Source: a bacterium (lineage in GTDB: Bacteria > SZUA-79 > Acidulodesulfobacterales > Acidulodesulfobacteraceae). Taken from it: a DNA stretch of 64,000 nt. The notes under the pieces are model-generated. The model saw only the letters and a list, made by a program, of their open reading frames with translations, ran no database searches and was not told the origin of the DNA. How positions within the stretch are numbered: the stretch's first letter is position 1; each line of letters starts with the position of its first letter. Below are positions 21,379-29,847 of this stretch, in pieces. Location: positions 1,941 through 65,940 of the forward strand of contig JAKBNN010000080.1 in assembly GCA_021831025.1 (NCBI GenBank). The letters run 5' to 3'. The position numbers were made by a program, and so were the translations under genes.

Positions 21379-21487
21379 TGGCGGAGAGGGAGGGAGGAAC
21401 TTTTCTTTGAAAAGTTTTAAATCCTACGAACTTTCCTCTTGCGCGCTTCGCTTTCGCTTCGCGCTTCGAGGGTTCGACCCCCTCTCT
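21379..21487. repeat. tRNA-Ser-derived 3'-end fragments flanking a small hairpin repeat
   Basis: 21379-21397 (minus) matches the 3' acceptor/CCA end of the adjacent tRNA-Ser at 17 of 19 positions. 21467-21487 (plus strand, so inverted) matches its T-arm at about 20 of 21. Between them lie the hairpin AACTTTTC-TTT-GAAAAGTT and a CGCTTCGCTTTCG core. There is no canonical cloverleaf. Confidence 0.4.
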
Positions 21488-21536
21488 ATACTGTCATAAT
21501 TAAAATTATTATTATAACCGTCTTTTATTCTATAAC

Positions 21537-21626
21537 TGGCGGAGAGAGAGGGAGTCGAACCCTCGATAGACTTACATCTATACATGATTTCCAGTCATGC
21601 TCCTTCGGCCTCTCGGACATCTCTCC
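21537..21626 (-). tRNA. tRNA-Ser (anticodon GGA)
   Basis: 90 nt on the minus strand: GGAGAGATGTCCGAGAGGCCGAAGGAGC...CTGGAAA...long variable arm...GAGGGTTCGACTCCCTCTCTCTCCGCCA. It is a class II tRNA with an encoded CCA. Confidence 0.9.
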
Positions 21627-21793
21627 TTGCTGAATAATTTAGTAAAATTAAATATTTTTACGACCTAATGTAAACCGATAAAACTAATAATATATTATCA
21701 TATAGATTAACACTTATGTAAAATATATTCAAAGGTTATTTTTTAAATCGACTATTTTATTTTATCTAAATTTTTCAAAACTAAATTTTTTTG

Positions 21794-21823
21794 TTGACAA
21801 AAAAATATATATTTATGTAAAAT
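21794..21823 (+). promoter_or_regulatory. sigma70-like promoter
   Basis: TTGACA (21794-21799), an 18-nt spacer, then TAAAAT (21818-21823). Confidence 0.5.
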
Positions 21824-21850
21824 AATACTTGTAATTCTTTTCTCCATTTT

Positions 21851-21884
21851 CCCCCAATATATGCCGAATATATTGGGGGTTTTT
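21851..21884 (+). terminator. intrinsic terminator-like hairpin between promoter and hldC
   Basis: CCCCCAATATAT-GCCG-AATATATTGGGGG followed by TTTTT. The T-run is on the plus strand only. Confidence 0.6.
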
Positions 21885-21918
21885 AATTTAACCCCTAAAA
21901 TCATCTAAAATCAAGAAT

Positions 21919-22413
21919 ATGGCCGCCTATACTACGGGAAAAATAATCGAATTTAACAATATAAAAAAAGAAATATCGAAACTTAAGAAGGATTTTAAAA
22001 AAATTGTTTTTACCAACGGATGCTTCGATATTATACACGCGGGTCATGTGAGCTACTTAAACGAGGCAAAAAGCCTCGGCGATGTGCTGGTCGTCGGCAT
22101 AAATAGCGATGAATCGGTTAAGCGGCTTAAAGGTCCGGGCAGACCGATAATAAACGAAAAAGACAGGGCATATATTTTAGCTAATTTAAAACCGGTTGAT
22201 TATGTAGTAATTTTTGACGAAGACACTCCGTATAACCTAATAAAGGAGATAACCCCGGATTTCTTGGTAAAAGGGGGCGATTATAACGGAAAGGATGTAG
22301 TCGGTAAAGATATTGTCGAACCTTCGGGCGGAAAAGTGGTTTTAATAGATTTCGTCAAAGGAAAATCCACAAGCGGTATAATTGACAAGATAAAAGAGAA
22401 AAGCACTATTTGA
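21919..22413 (+). CDS. hldC: D-glycero-beta-D-manno-heptose 1-phosphate adenylyltransferase (RfaE domain II type)
   Basis: 164 aa cytidylyltransferase fold with [17 protein letters not shown]. Confidence 0.85.
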   Translation: MAAYTTGKIIEFNNIKKEISKLKKDFKKIVFTNGCFDIIHAGHVSYLNEAKSLGDVLVVGINSDESVKRLKGPGRPIINEKDRAYILANLKPVDYVVIFDEDTPYNLIKEITPDFLVKGGDYNGKDVVGKDIVEPSGGKVVLIDFVKGKSTSGIIDKIKEKSTI

Positions 22414-22508
22414 AAATTAACCAAAATTAATCTTAATAACTCTTATGATGCATAATATATCCGTATAATTTTATACATATATAATATATATTACGATATA
22501 ATTGTCAT

Positions 22509-24065
22509 ATGAATGATGCAAGAAAAAATGAAAACGATTATTACAGAAAAAAATATAAAAAAACAAAGATTGTTTGCACGCTTGGACCTTCAAGTTCTAG
22601 CAAAGCCGTAATAAAAAAACTAATAGATTCCGGCATGGATGTCGCCAGGCTGAATTTCTCGCACGGAAACGAGATTTTTTTTGACGGCCTTATCGGGCTG
22701 ATTAGAGAACTTTCAAACGATACTGCCATACTTATTGACCTGCCCGGGCCGAAAATTAGGACGGGCAAGCAGAAAGAAGCCGGGATTATCTTAAAAAAGG
22801 GCGGGCATATAAATGTCGTTAATAGAAAAGAGCATTCCGATAATAAAAATATATCGATTGACTACAAGTTTTTAACTCAAGATGTAAAAAAGAATGACTT
22901 AATTTTTATAGACGACGGTAAAATACAACTGCAAGTTACCGATATTGCCCGTGATAAGAACGGGCTTTCATGCAAAATATTGCGGGACGGCATTTTGAGG
23001 GCAGAAAAAGGGGTGAATTTTCCTAATATCAAACTTAGCGTTCCATCCGTTACAAAGAATGATTTTAAGTATTTAAAATTTGGTGCGGAACATAACGCCG
23101 ATATGTTTACGGTTTCTTTTGTGAGGCAGCCGGAAGATATTATAACCGTCAAGAATTTTTTAAAAAAGAATTATCCGGAAAAGCATTTTTTTATTATAGC
23201 AAAGATAGAAAAATCCGAAGCAGTCGAAAATATTGAGGCGATCGCCATGGTTTCAGACGGTATTATGGTTGCGCGCGGCGACCTCGGCGTTGAAACTCCG
23301 ATAGAAAGCATTGCCCTGAAGCAAAAAAGGATAATTTCTGTTGCAAATATTTATAAAAGGCCTGTTATTACCGCAACACAGATGCTCGAGTCCATGGTCA
23401 TAAACGAATCTCCCACTCGGGCGGAGGTTACTGATATTGCCAACGCGATATTGGACGGAACGGATGCCGTTATGCTTTCCGAAGAGACCGCCATAGGAAA
23501 TAACCCTACCTTAGCCGTTATATATATGAACAAAATAATAAAAACGACGGAAAATAGCAATATTTTTATTGAAAACAATTATAGAAATATAGGCATAAGA
23601 AGGATTAACGGCAAAGGCGGAGGCGGCCGTGAATATACAGGCAATTACAGGATAAATCCCTATGAGGGATATAATATTTATAATGAGTATAATAATATTT
23701 CTAACATAGTTGCAGAAATGGCCGTTCTTGCTTCCTATTCCGTGGACGGGTCTTTTATAGCGGCGGTTACAAGGTCGGGCTATACCGCCGGTCTCATATC
23801 GTCATTGCGCCCCCTTGTTCCTATTATATCTATCGTACCTGACGAGCGGATAAAAAGGCGGCTTTCTCTTAACTTCGGGGTAATTAGTTTTATTATGCGG
23901 GATATTATTAAAGAAAATGTCGATATTAAAAATGTCATAGATTTTATAAATAAAAGCGAAGAGATGAAATATTTTAAAGAGAATTTTAAATACGCCGTTT
24001 TAAGCGGCGGCATACCGTTAGGAGAGCCTGGTTCTACGGATTTTGTCAGGATTATAAGGCTATAA
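22509..24065 (+). CDS. pyk: pyruvate kinase
   Basis: Has TLGPSS, RLNFSHG, AKIEK and MVARGDLGVE motifs. It carries a ~45 aa Asn/Gly/Tyr-rich insertion before the C-terminal domain. Confidence 0.9.
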   Translation: MNDARKNENDYYRKKYKKTKIVCTLGPSSSSKAVIKKLIDSGMDVARLNFSHGNEIFFDGLIGLIRELSNDTAILIDLPGPKIRTGKQKEAGIILKKGGHINVVNRKEHSDNKNISIDYKFLTQDVKKNDLIFIDDGKIQLQVTDIARDKNGLSCKILRDGILRAEKGVNFPNIKLSVPSVTKNDFKYLKFGAEHNADMFTVSFVRQPEDIITVKNFLKKNYPEKHFFIIAKIEKSEAVENIEAIAMVSDGIMVARGDLGVETPIESIALKQKRIISVANIYKRPVITATQMLESMVINESPTRAEVTDIANAILDGTDAVMLSEETAIGNNPTLAVIYMNKIIKTTENSNIFIENNYRNIGIRRINGKGGGGREYTGNYRINPYEGYNIYNEYNNISNIVAEMAVLASYSVDGSFIAAVTRSGYTAGLISSLRPLVPIISIVPDERIKRRLSLNFGVISFIMRDIIKENVDIKNVIDFINKSEEMKYFKENFKYAVLSGGIPLGEPGSTDFVRIIRL

Positions 24066-24079
24066 AGCGGATATTTTAA

Positions 24080-24460
24080 TTATTTTTCGGGGATAGCGCA
24101 GGAAACACCCGCCATTAATTCCATAAATACTTTATCTGCGTAAGCGGCAAGATCGCCAAGCCTTTCGGCGACTATTTTTTCGGATTTAAACGAATTAAGG
24201 CCGTTAAGCATTATTTTAATGTTGTCGTCGAGATCCTCCGTTAGCCCGTTTATATCGGTTAAGCCGCCCTTTTTTAACGAATTGGATATTTCGTCAAATA
24301 TCATGCCGCTAAACGATAATGAAATTGAAGCGTCTTCCTTGTTGCCGGAAGCAATTGCGTTATCTTTTATTTTATCTATGTAATCTTTCAGGTTATTAAA
24401 AATATCTTCTATATTTTGGCGGTTACGGCTATCCGTCCGATTTGTCCCGTTTTCTTTCAT
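24080..24460 (-). CDS. hypothetical protein
   Basis: 126 aa ORF with no recognisable motif. It overlaps the upstream ORF by 32 nt. Confidence 0.4.
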   Translation of the reverse strand: MKENGTNRTDSRNRQNIEDIFNNLKDYIDKIKDNAIASGNKEDASISLSFSGMIFDEISNSLKKGGLTDINGLTEDLDDNIKIMLNGLNSFKSEKIVAERLGDLAAYADKVFMELMAGVSCAIPEK

Positions 24461-24680
24461 TATGCAGCCCCGTTAAAATTTCATTATTTTTTTCCTTTAT
24501 CTCCATTTCCTTTAATACATCGTCCGCTTTTAATATTATAACACGTTTAAACAACTCTTCAATCTCTTTTTTTTCTTTTAATCTCTCGAGGGTTTCATCG
24601 ATAAACTCTTGATAGCTTTTGTGTTTTACGCGATTTCTTAGCCTTTTTTCTTTTGTTTTTGACCGTTTTTTTCCGTCCAT
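24429..24680 (-). CDS. hypothetical small basic protein
   Basis: 83 aa, Lys/Arg/Glu-rich and predicted helical. It diverges from the T4SS operon across a 380-bp AT-rich spacer. Confidence 0.4.
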   Translation of the reverse strand: MDGKKRSKTKEKRLRNRVKHKSYQEFIDETLERLKEKKEIEELFKRVIILKADDVLKEMEIKEKNNEILTGLHNERKRDKSDG

Positions 24681-25060
24681 AACAAGATTCCCCTTTAATT
24701 AATTATTTAATATATTAAACAAAACGATTAGCCGATGTTTAAAGGCGTATTTGCAATTTAAATATCGATTTTACAAGTGCGAGTTTTTATTTATATCATA
24801 TTTATATTACAGTTTTATGACAATTTTATTTCAATTTGATGAAATTTTTTAAAAAATAAAAAATTTAAAAAACAATAAATAACCACATTTTATTTTAAAT
24901 CCAAGTAAATTATAACTTTTAAGGCATTTTGTAATCAAAATGTAACATTAAATTAATATATTTTTAACAAATGTTTCATAATCCTGAAATATTAAAATGA
25001 TATAAATATTTTTACGGTAAATAAAATTTAAATTATTAAACTAAACTAAAGGAGGAAAAA

Positions 25061-25588
25061 ATGAGATTTAAAAATGTCATTAATTACATTAATCATTTCA
25101 ATGATTATTCCATTATGATAATGGCTCGTCTCCAATCGGAAATTTATGAAGAAAAATTTGCTAAGGGCAGGTTGAAATTAGAGATGAAATGGGGCAGGGG
25201 CAGATCAAAAAGCATTTTATTTTTGTTTTCTTTTGTTTTTGGATCTATTTTATCCTTAAGTTCGAGGGCGTTAGCAATGATTAATTTAAATCAGGGTTCG
25301 CTCGGGATCGGGGCATCGGGCATTTTAAACGAAGCGACAACATGGATATGCTACAGGCTTGCTCCTGCGACCCTTACCATCGGCCTTGTAAAGGGATTTT
25401 ACGATATAAAACAGCATAAGCCGGATGCGGCAAGGAAGGCGTTTATAACGGCGGCGGCAGGGACGGGGGTGATGCTTGCGCCGACCATAACAGGCGCAAT
25501 ATTAGGTATCGTTCAAAGCGCGGGAGGTTCGACAAACGGCATCAATATGGGCAGCGGAAACGGCTCGACTACAGTGGGCCAGCCATGA
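25061..25588 (+). CDS. T4SS pilin, TrbC/VirB2-like
   Basis: Has a long leader and then a signal-like TM ending in ALA. Two hydrophobic helices (WICYRLAPATLTIGLV and ITAAAGTGVMLAPTITGAILGIV) are separated by a basic loop. A perfect AGGAGG lies 6 nt upstream. It is the first gene of the T4SS cluster. Confidence 0.6.
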   Translation: MRFKNVINYINHFNDYSIMIMARLQSEIYEEKFAKGRLKLEMKWGRGRSKSILFLFSFVFGSILSLSSRALAMINLNQGSLGIGASGILNEATTWICYRLAPATLTIGLVKGFYDIKQHKPDAARKAFITAAAGTGVMLAPTITGAILGIVQSAGGSTNGINMGSGNGSTTVGQP

Positions 25589-25628
25589 TTCATGACAGGC
25601 GTTTAAGTAATGTTGCTGCGGGGGGTAT

Positions 25629-25961
25629 ATGAAAACAGGTTATACAAGATTTAAAATTCACAGGGGAATTCACGACAGGGTTATAAGGTTTGGCTTGGAA
25701 ATATACGATTGGGGGCTATTTATTTTTATTACGATGATACTGATTCTTGCATTTAAAGAGTTCATTATTCTTGCAATATTAATCGATATGCTTATCTTAA
25801 TTTTTTTAAGAAAGTATAAAAACGGCAAACCAGATTTTTATACAAGTTCGCTTTTGTCGTTTATATTAATTAAAAAGGAGCTATTTATTTTGGAACCGGG
25901 GAGCGATAAATTAGATGCCCCTTTTTTAAATTTAATTTATTTAATTTATAAAGATAAATAA
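25629..25961 (+). CDS. T4SS VirB3/TrbD-like small membrane protein
   Basis: 110 aa with a hydrophobic hairpin. Its stop overlaps the VirB4 start (TAATG). Size and position are those of VirB3. Confidence 0.55.
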   Translation: MKTGYTRFKIHRGIHDRVIRFGLEIYDWGLFIFITMILILAFKEFIILAILIDMLILIFLRKYKNGKPDFYTSSLLSFILIKKELFILEPGSDKLDAPFLNLIYLIYKDK

Positions 25962-28579
25962 TGATGCTCAAATCCGTATTAAAAAGAAGGAATCAAAATG
26001 AATCGTTTAATAATTATGTTAATCTTTTGACGATTTATGAGAATATAATTATCGGCATTGACGGTTCTTTTACTATCGGTTTTATGGTTAAAGGGTTTGA
26101 TTATATTCTTTCCAAAGATGAGATAATCAACGATACGGCATATGTTAACGACCTTCTTCTAAATCTTTTGGATGAAAATATCGGCTTGCAGTGGATTTAT
26201 AAAATAGACGACAGAAATGATGAATTTATATCGAATTATCAAATATCTTCTATTCCGCCAAAAGATTATGAATATATTAAAGAAAATAAACTTAAGGCTC
26301 TTAGGGCGAAAAGCATAAAAAATATTAAAATATATCTTTTTTGCACAATAAATAATGTACATTTAGGATTGGCGGATAAAGACGGGTTTTTATCGAATTT
26401 TATCAATTTTAATTCAAGGTTATTCAAAATAACGATTGGAGATATTAATAATTCTAACTCAAGGCTTAACGCTAAAAATGATTTCGATGCCGTCCGTAAA
26501 AAATTGGATAATGTGGAAAATAATTTAAGTTTTTTGGCTTCGAGGCTGAATATCGGACTAAAAAGAATGAATAATCAGGAATTAACCGATTTTTATTATA
26601 AAGAATTAAATCCCGAAAGGTCTATTTTTGTTGATTCTCCAAAATGGGAAAATATGTCCCGCGAATTCACATTCAGGAGCCAATTAATGTATTCTTGCGG
26701 TGAAATAAAAAGGGATTATTTTTATATAGACGGTTATTATTATAAGTTTATAAATATGCATAGATTACCTAATAAGATAGATGCTTACGGTATAACCCCT
26801 TTGTTAAATATCGAAAATTCAGGCATCCTTGACTTTTTTCCGTACGATATCCAGATTGCCTTTAACATACCGGATCAGGAAAAGACGATTAATAAAATTC
26901 AATCCGATAGAAATGTTAAAGCAAGCTTGACCGAGGCCGTCGGCGGAGGATATACCGATTATAAAGGCGGCGGCATTACGGCGCAATTGGACGATTTTCT
27001 TAAATCCGTTTCGAAAATGCAAAAGAAGGTTGTCAATATATCCTTGTGCGTCAGGCTTAAATCTAAAACTGCCTCCGATCTGGATTCGAGGGCTATAAAA
27101 ATTTTGGAAGCATTTAAAGATTTTAACGAAATGGAAGGAATTACGGATGACATGGAACACCATAATCTATTTTTATCGTTCCTTCCCTCCCAAACGCGCT
27201 TTAACCGGCGGTTTAAAACATCTATTTCGCCGGCTGTTTCCGCCTTTTTCCCCTTGCATAAGAGTTTTGGCGGAACAAAAACCTGCGCAATACCGTTAAT
27301 TAACACAAGCGGGGAAGCCGTAAGCATCGATTTATGCAACAACGCGCTGCCTGCAAAACACGGAATCGTCTTCGGTAAAACAAGAAGCGGAAAGGGATTT
27401 ATGCTTAACGGATTTTTAACTAACTTTTATATGTCGGGAGAAAATTACCATATTGTAGGGGTTGACATAGGAGGAACATATAGCAAGTTTTGCAGAATAT
27501 TTAACGGGGAATACATCGAGCTGGATTTGGATGGAACATATTGTTTAAATCCGTTTCCGCCAAAGCGGCATATAGTTAAGATTGTAAATAACGAGGAAGT
27601 TTTTGACCCGGACATTATGATATTTCTAACGGGAATAATCGGTTTAATGGTCGAACCGGAGAGAAATTTATCGCCCAACGATAAAACTATTATAGCAAGG
27701 GCGATTCAGGCATCGTACGACAGGATAAACGATGACGGCGATATGCCGGTAATTTCGGACATTAACAATGTATTATTTGATTACAACGAGGGAAGAGATA
27801 TAGAGGATAAAAAAAGGGCAATGGAAATGGGGAAAAATCTATTTCAATGGACGGATATATCTTCGCCCTACAGTATGATTTTAAACAGGAAGGGGGGAAT
27901 AGATACAGGTAAAAAGATAGTCATATTCGATTTGCAAAAATTAAAAGGGCATGAAGACCTGCAAAAAGTGGTATTTGCGATAATAAAAAATATTTCGTTT
28001 AAAAAAATGTACGACAAATCGGCTAAGGTTTTTTTCTTTTACGACGAATGCTGGGAATTTATGAATGACCCTAAAATAGCGGAGCTTATAACGCATCTTT
28101 ATAAAACATCCGCCAAATGGGGGTCTATGGTGTGGAGCGTAACCCAGGAGCCGAGGGACATTTTAAAAGCCGGAAATGTCGGTAAAAGTATAATAGAAAA
28201 TTCCACCGTTAAGATCTTTTGCCAATTGGACGGCGATGTGGATGGGGACGATTTAAAATTTTGCGGACTCAATGAAAAAGAGATAGAAATTGTAAAAAAT
28301 CTTAAGGTCGTAAAGGGGCATTATGCCGAATATTTTTTAAAATTCGGGCAAGATTCGGCCGTAATCAGGAATAAGCCCGATCCTTTCGAATACTGGCTAT
28401 GCTGTAAATCCTCCGACGATGAAGAGATAGAACGGCAGATTATGGCAGCATATCCCGATAAATCCCTAAAAGAAAGACTTTATATACTGGCAGAAAATTA
28501 TCCAAACGGCCCGTACGGGATAACGGTTGATAGCGCAGCCTCAAATGCCGCCGGGAAGAAGGCGGAAATTCGGCAATAA
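25961..28579 (+). CDS. T4SS ATPase VirB4/TrbE family
   Basis: 872 aa. Has a P-loop region GKTRSGKGF and a Walker B FFFYDECWEF. The C-terminal ATPase layout is typical of VirB4/CagE. Confidence 0.88.
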   Translation: MMLKSVLKRRNQNESFNNYVNLLTIYENIIIGIDGSFTIGFMVKGFDYILSKDEIINDTAYVNDLLLNLLDENIGLQWIYKIDDRNDEFISNYQISSIPPKDYEYIKENKLKALRAKSIKNIKIYLFCTINNVHLGLADKDGFLSNFINFNSRLFKITIGDINNSNSRLNAKNDFDAVRKKLDNVENNLSFLASRLNIGLKRMNNQELTDFYYKELNPERSIFVDSPKWENMSREFTFRSQLMYSCGEIKRDYFYIDGYYYKFINMHRLPNKIDAYGITPLLNIENSGILDFFPYDIQIAFNIPDQEKTINKIQSDRNVKASLTEAVGGGYTDYKGGGITAQLDDFLKSVSKMQKKVVNISLCVRLKSKTASDLDSRAIKILEAFKDFNEMEGITDDMEHHNLFLSFLPSQTRFNRRFKTSISPAVSAFFPLHKSFGGTKTCAIPLINTSGEAVSIDLCNNALPAKHGIVFGKTRSGKGFMLNGFLTNFYMSGENYHIVGVDIGGTYSKFCRIFNGEYIELDLDGTYCLNPFPPKRHIVKIVNNEEVFDPDIMIFLTGIIGLMVEPERNLSPNDKTIIARAIQASYDRINDDGDMPVISDINNVLFDYNEGRDIEDKKRAMEMGKNLFQWTDISSPYSMILNRKGGIDTGKKIVIFDLQKLKGHEDLQKVVFAIIKNISFKKMYDKSAKVFFFYDECWEFMNDPKIAELITHLYKTSAKWGSMVWSVTQEPRDILKAGNVGKSIIENSTVKIFCQLDGDVDGDDLKFCGLNEKEIEIVKNLKVVKGHYAEYFLKFGQDSAVIRNKPDPFEYWLCCKSSDDEEIERQIMAAYPDKSLKERLYILAENYPNGPYGITVDSAASNAAGKKAEIRQ

Positions 28580-28618
28580 TTTACAAAGTTAACACGGTAA
28601 ACACGGTAAAAGCAAATT

Positions 28619-29734
28619 ATGCAAAAAAATAAAAATAAAAAATATGTTTTTTATTCAAAAGTTTTAATTCCTTTCATAACGGCTACGATCTTATACTTAG
28701 GGGCGGCTTACGGAATGGGGCTTCCGCTGCCGGACATCGGCGCTATTTCCGCCCAGATTCAGTCTGTCGAGACTGCGGCAGGCGGAGCTTTTTCGGCTTT
28801 GCAGGGTCTTGCCGGAACGCTCGGTTATGCCCCCGGAGCCTCCGGCGGACCGCTTTTTAATCCCGGACCGGGCCTGTCCGAGGCAATGGCAACCGTAGAT
28901 AAGCTGACGGCAGATGTCTCAAAAATGCAGGAGCAGTATCAAAATATCATAATTAATTATGATAAATTGGGGCATTTGGTTAATTCGGTCGAAAATGCCG
29001 TAAATAATGTTAATAATTTGAACAATCAAATAAATATTGCTTTTGCTCAGATTCCGCAGGAATTAACGCAAAGCGATGTTTATGCCTCTTCGCCCCAAAA
29101 TATGCTTTCCGATATTAATATAGAAGAGTCGGAATTTCAAAACCTTAATAACGAAAGCGGTTCCTATAACCCTCAGGATTTTATTTCCGGCGCCTCACAG
29201 CCAGGCACGGGGGCATTAAATAGAAGCAGTCTTGAAAACGAATCGCGGCAGTTTACAGGCGGAGCTGTTTATAATGCGGACGGAAACAGCGGAAATATTA
29301 ATCCGGCTGTAAATTGCGCTTCCTACGACGACGGTTATTATTTTGACTCTAAAGGAAATTACACGGCGGGATGCACTGACCCGGTAAACGGATTTGTGAT
29401 CGATGCGGCATCTTCAAATCTTTATAATGCGGGCGTTTCTGCCGCAAGGGCTCACAAAGCCGAGCTTGAAGGGGATGGATTCATAAATGAAATAACAAGC
29501 GGGGCATTAAATAACAGCACCAATTATTATTCATATCAGAGTTCGGTTTTAACATTAATAGCGGAGGAAGATGCCGCAAATTTAAAAAACCTCGGATATA
29601 TCGAAAGTCAATTAAAACAAATGGAATTATCCAAATCGGCAGACGAGATTAAAAAAGAGCACGTAGGGGCAATTATTTTGCCTCAAAGTAATAATACTCC
29701 GGCTATGAATTTTTATAATAAAACGACTTTGTGA
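28619..29734 (+). CDS. secreted coiled-coil protein at the VirB5/TrbJ position
   Basis: Has an N-terminal signal peptide and a coiled-coil segment (VDKLTADVSKMQEQYQN...). It lies between VirB4 and VirB6. The assignment is positional only. Confidence 0.4.
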   Translation: MQKNKNKKYVFYSKVLIPFITATILYLGAAYGMGLPLPDIGAISAQIQSVETAAGGAFSALQGLAGTLGYAPGASGGPLFNPGPGLSEAMATVDKLTADVSKMQEQYQNIIINYDKLGHLVNSVENAVNNVNNLNNQINIAFAQIPQELTQSDVYASSPQNMLSDINIEESEFQNLNNESGSYNPQDFISGASQPGTGALNRSSLENESRQFTGGAVYNADGNSGNINPAVNCASYDDGYYFDSKGNYTAGCTDPVNGFVIDAASSNLYNAGVSAARAHKAELEGDGFINEITSGALNNSTNYYSYQSSVLTLIAEEDAANLKNLGYIESQLKQMELSKSADEIKKEHVGAIILPQSNNTPAMNFYNKTTL

Positions 29735-29750
29735 TTATTATCGTTTATAT

Positions 29751-29847
29751 CCGGTTTAACTATCTGGATTACCGCTTCGCTCTCGTGTCTGACGACACTC
29801 GTGAAGTTTCTTTGAAACTTTCCCGCTGAAGCGGGTTGGGACACCCG
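29751..29847 (+). mobile_element. MITE/REP-like hairpin element (module A), bracketed by a 20-bp direct repeat
   Basis: Reads CTGGATTACCGCTTCGCTCTCG, then hairpin GTGTC-TGAC-GACAC, then hairpin AAGTTTC-TTT-GAAACTT, then CCCGC-TGAA-GCGGG. It is flanked by GTGATTATTA[T/C]CGTTTATAT at 29731-29750 and 29848-29867. It is nearly identical to 59093-59173. Confidence 0.6.

Noticed and set aside
21379-21487. A possible third tRNA gene, since the sequence ends in CTCTCCGCCA and contains a GAGGGTTCGACCCCCTC T-arm-like hairpin.
   Set aside because: The T-arm-like hairpin is on the opposite strand from the CCA end. There is no D-arm and no 7-nt anticodon loop, and the length (109 nt) and arm layout do not fit a cloverleaf. 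I treat it as tRNA-Ser-derived fragments plus a repeat.
21439-21633. A 64-aa plus-strand ORF (MRASLSLRASRVRPP...).
   Set aside because: It runs through repeat DNA and lies antisense across the tRNA-Ser gene, so it is not a plausible CDS.
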